Shown here: in pieces, positions 60,899-60,974 of the stretch
Numbering within the stretch: the stretch's first letter is position 1
Layout: each line of letters starts with the position of its first letter
Assembly: GCA_035555035.1 (NCBI GenBank)
Contig: DATMHG010000083.1
Span: 1-60,974, forward strand
DNA length: 60,974 nucleotides
Reading direction: 5' to 3'
Source: Sphingomicrobium sp.
Lineage (GTDB): Bacteria > Pseudomonadota > Alphaproteobacteria > Sphingomonadales > Sphingomonadaceae
Notes under the pieces: model-generated
What the model saw: the letters and a program-made list of their open reading frames with translations, nothing else
What the model was told of the DNA's origin: nothing
Databases searched by the model: none
Program-made: the position numbers and the translations under genes

Positions 60899-60974
60899 TG
60901 CCGCGGCAGGTCACCGCCTTTTCCAATCCGACCGTCAAGCGGCTGCGCTCGCTCAGGGAGAAGAAGGCGCGGCG
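60898..60974 (+). CDS. TrmH-family RNA methyltransferase, 5' fragment
   Basis: MPRQVTAFSNPTVKRLRSLREKKAR resembles TrmH N-termini (S..NP.VK....L...K.R); TAATG overlap. Confidence 0.7.
   Translation, partial: MPRQVTAFSNPTVKRLRSLREKKAR

Overview
High-GC alphaproteobacterial chromosome segment; gene content and order point to a Sphingomonas-like genome (inference). Left to right: fluoride riboswitch-crcB-ppa (ppa truncated by the window edge and missing from the ORF track), a repeat-flanked orphan gene, mutL, mreBCD-mrdA-rodA, tRNA-Lys(CTT), a CzcCBA-like heavy-metal RND system with candidate Zur and ATTAC-N6-GTAAT boxes, glucokinase, an AcrAB-OprM-like RND pump, an operon of fused 5-oxoprolinase + DUF969/DUF979/DUF2891-like genes, several metabolic genes, rcdA, two DUF465-like genes, a PEP-CTERM protein, dksA, surE, a ~17.5 kb surface-glycan locus, then pckA / chvI-chvG-hprK-rapZ-EIIA-HPr. 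Most interesting: the pseudaminic-acid operon (pseB-C-G-F-I) has no pseH acetyltransferase and instead continues into a SAM methyltransferase, an AGAT/StrB1-type amidinotransferase with an intact Cys-His-Asp triad and a KpsS-like transferase. This suggests an undescribed (methyl)guanidino-nonulosonic acid pathway (hypothesis). Second theme: palindromic REP/MITE-like repeats sit in-frame inside mutL (twice), the oxoprolinase and a nitronate monooxygenase. No CRISPR array, transposase, integrase or rRNA was seen. All family calls are by-eye motif recognition; no database search was run.
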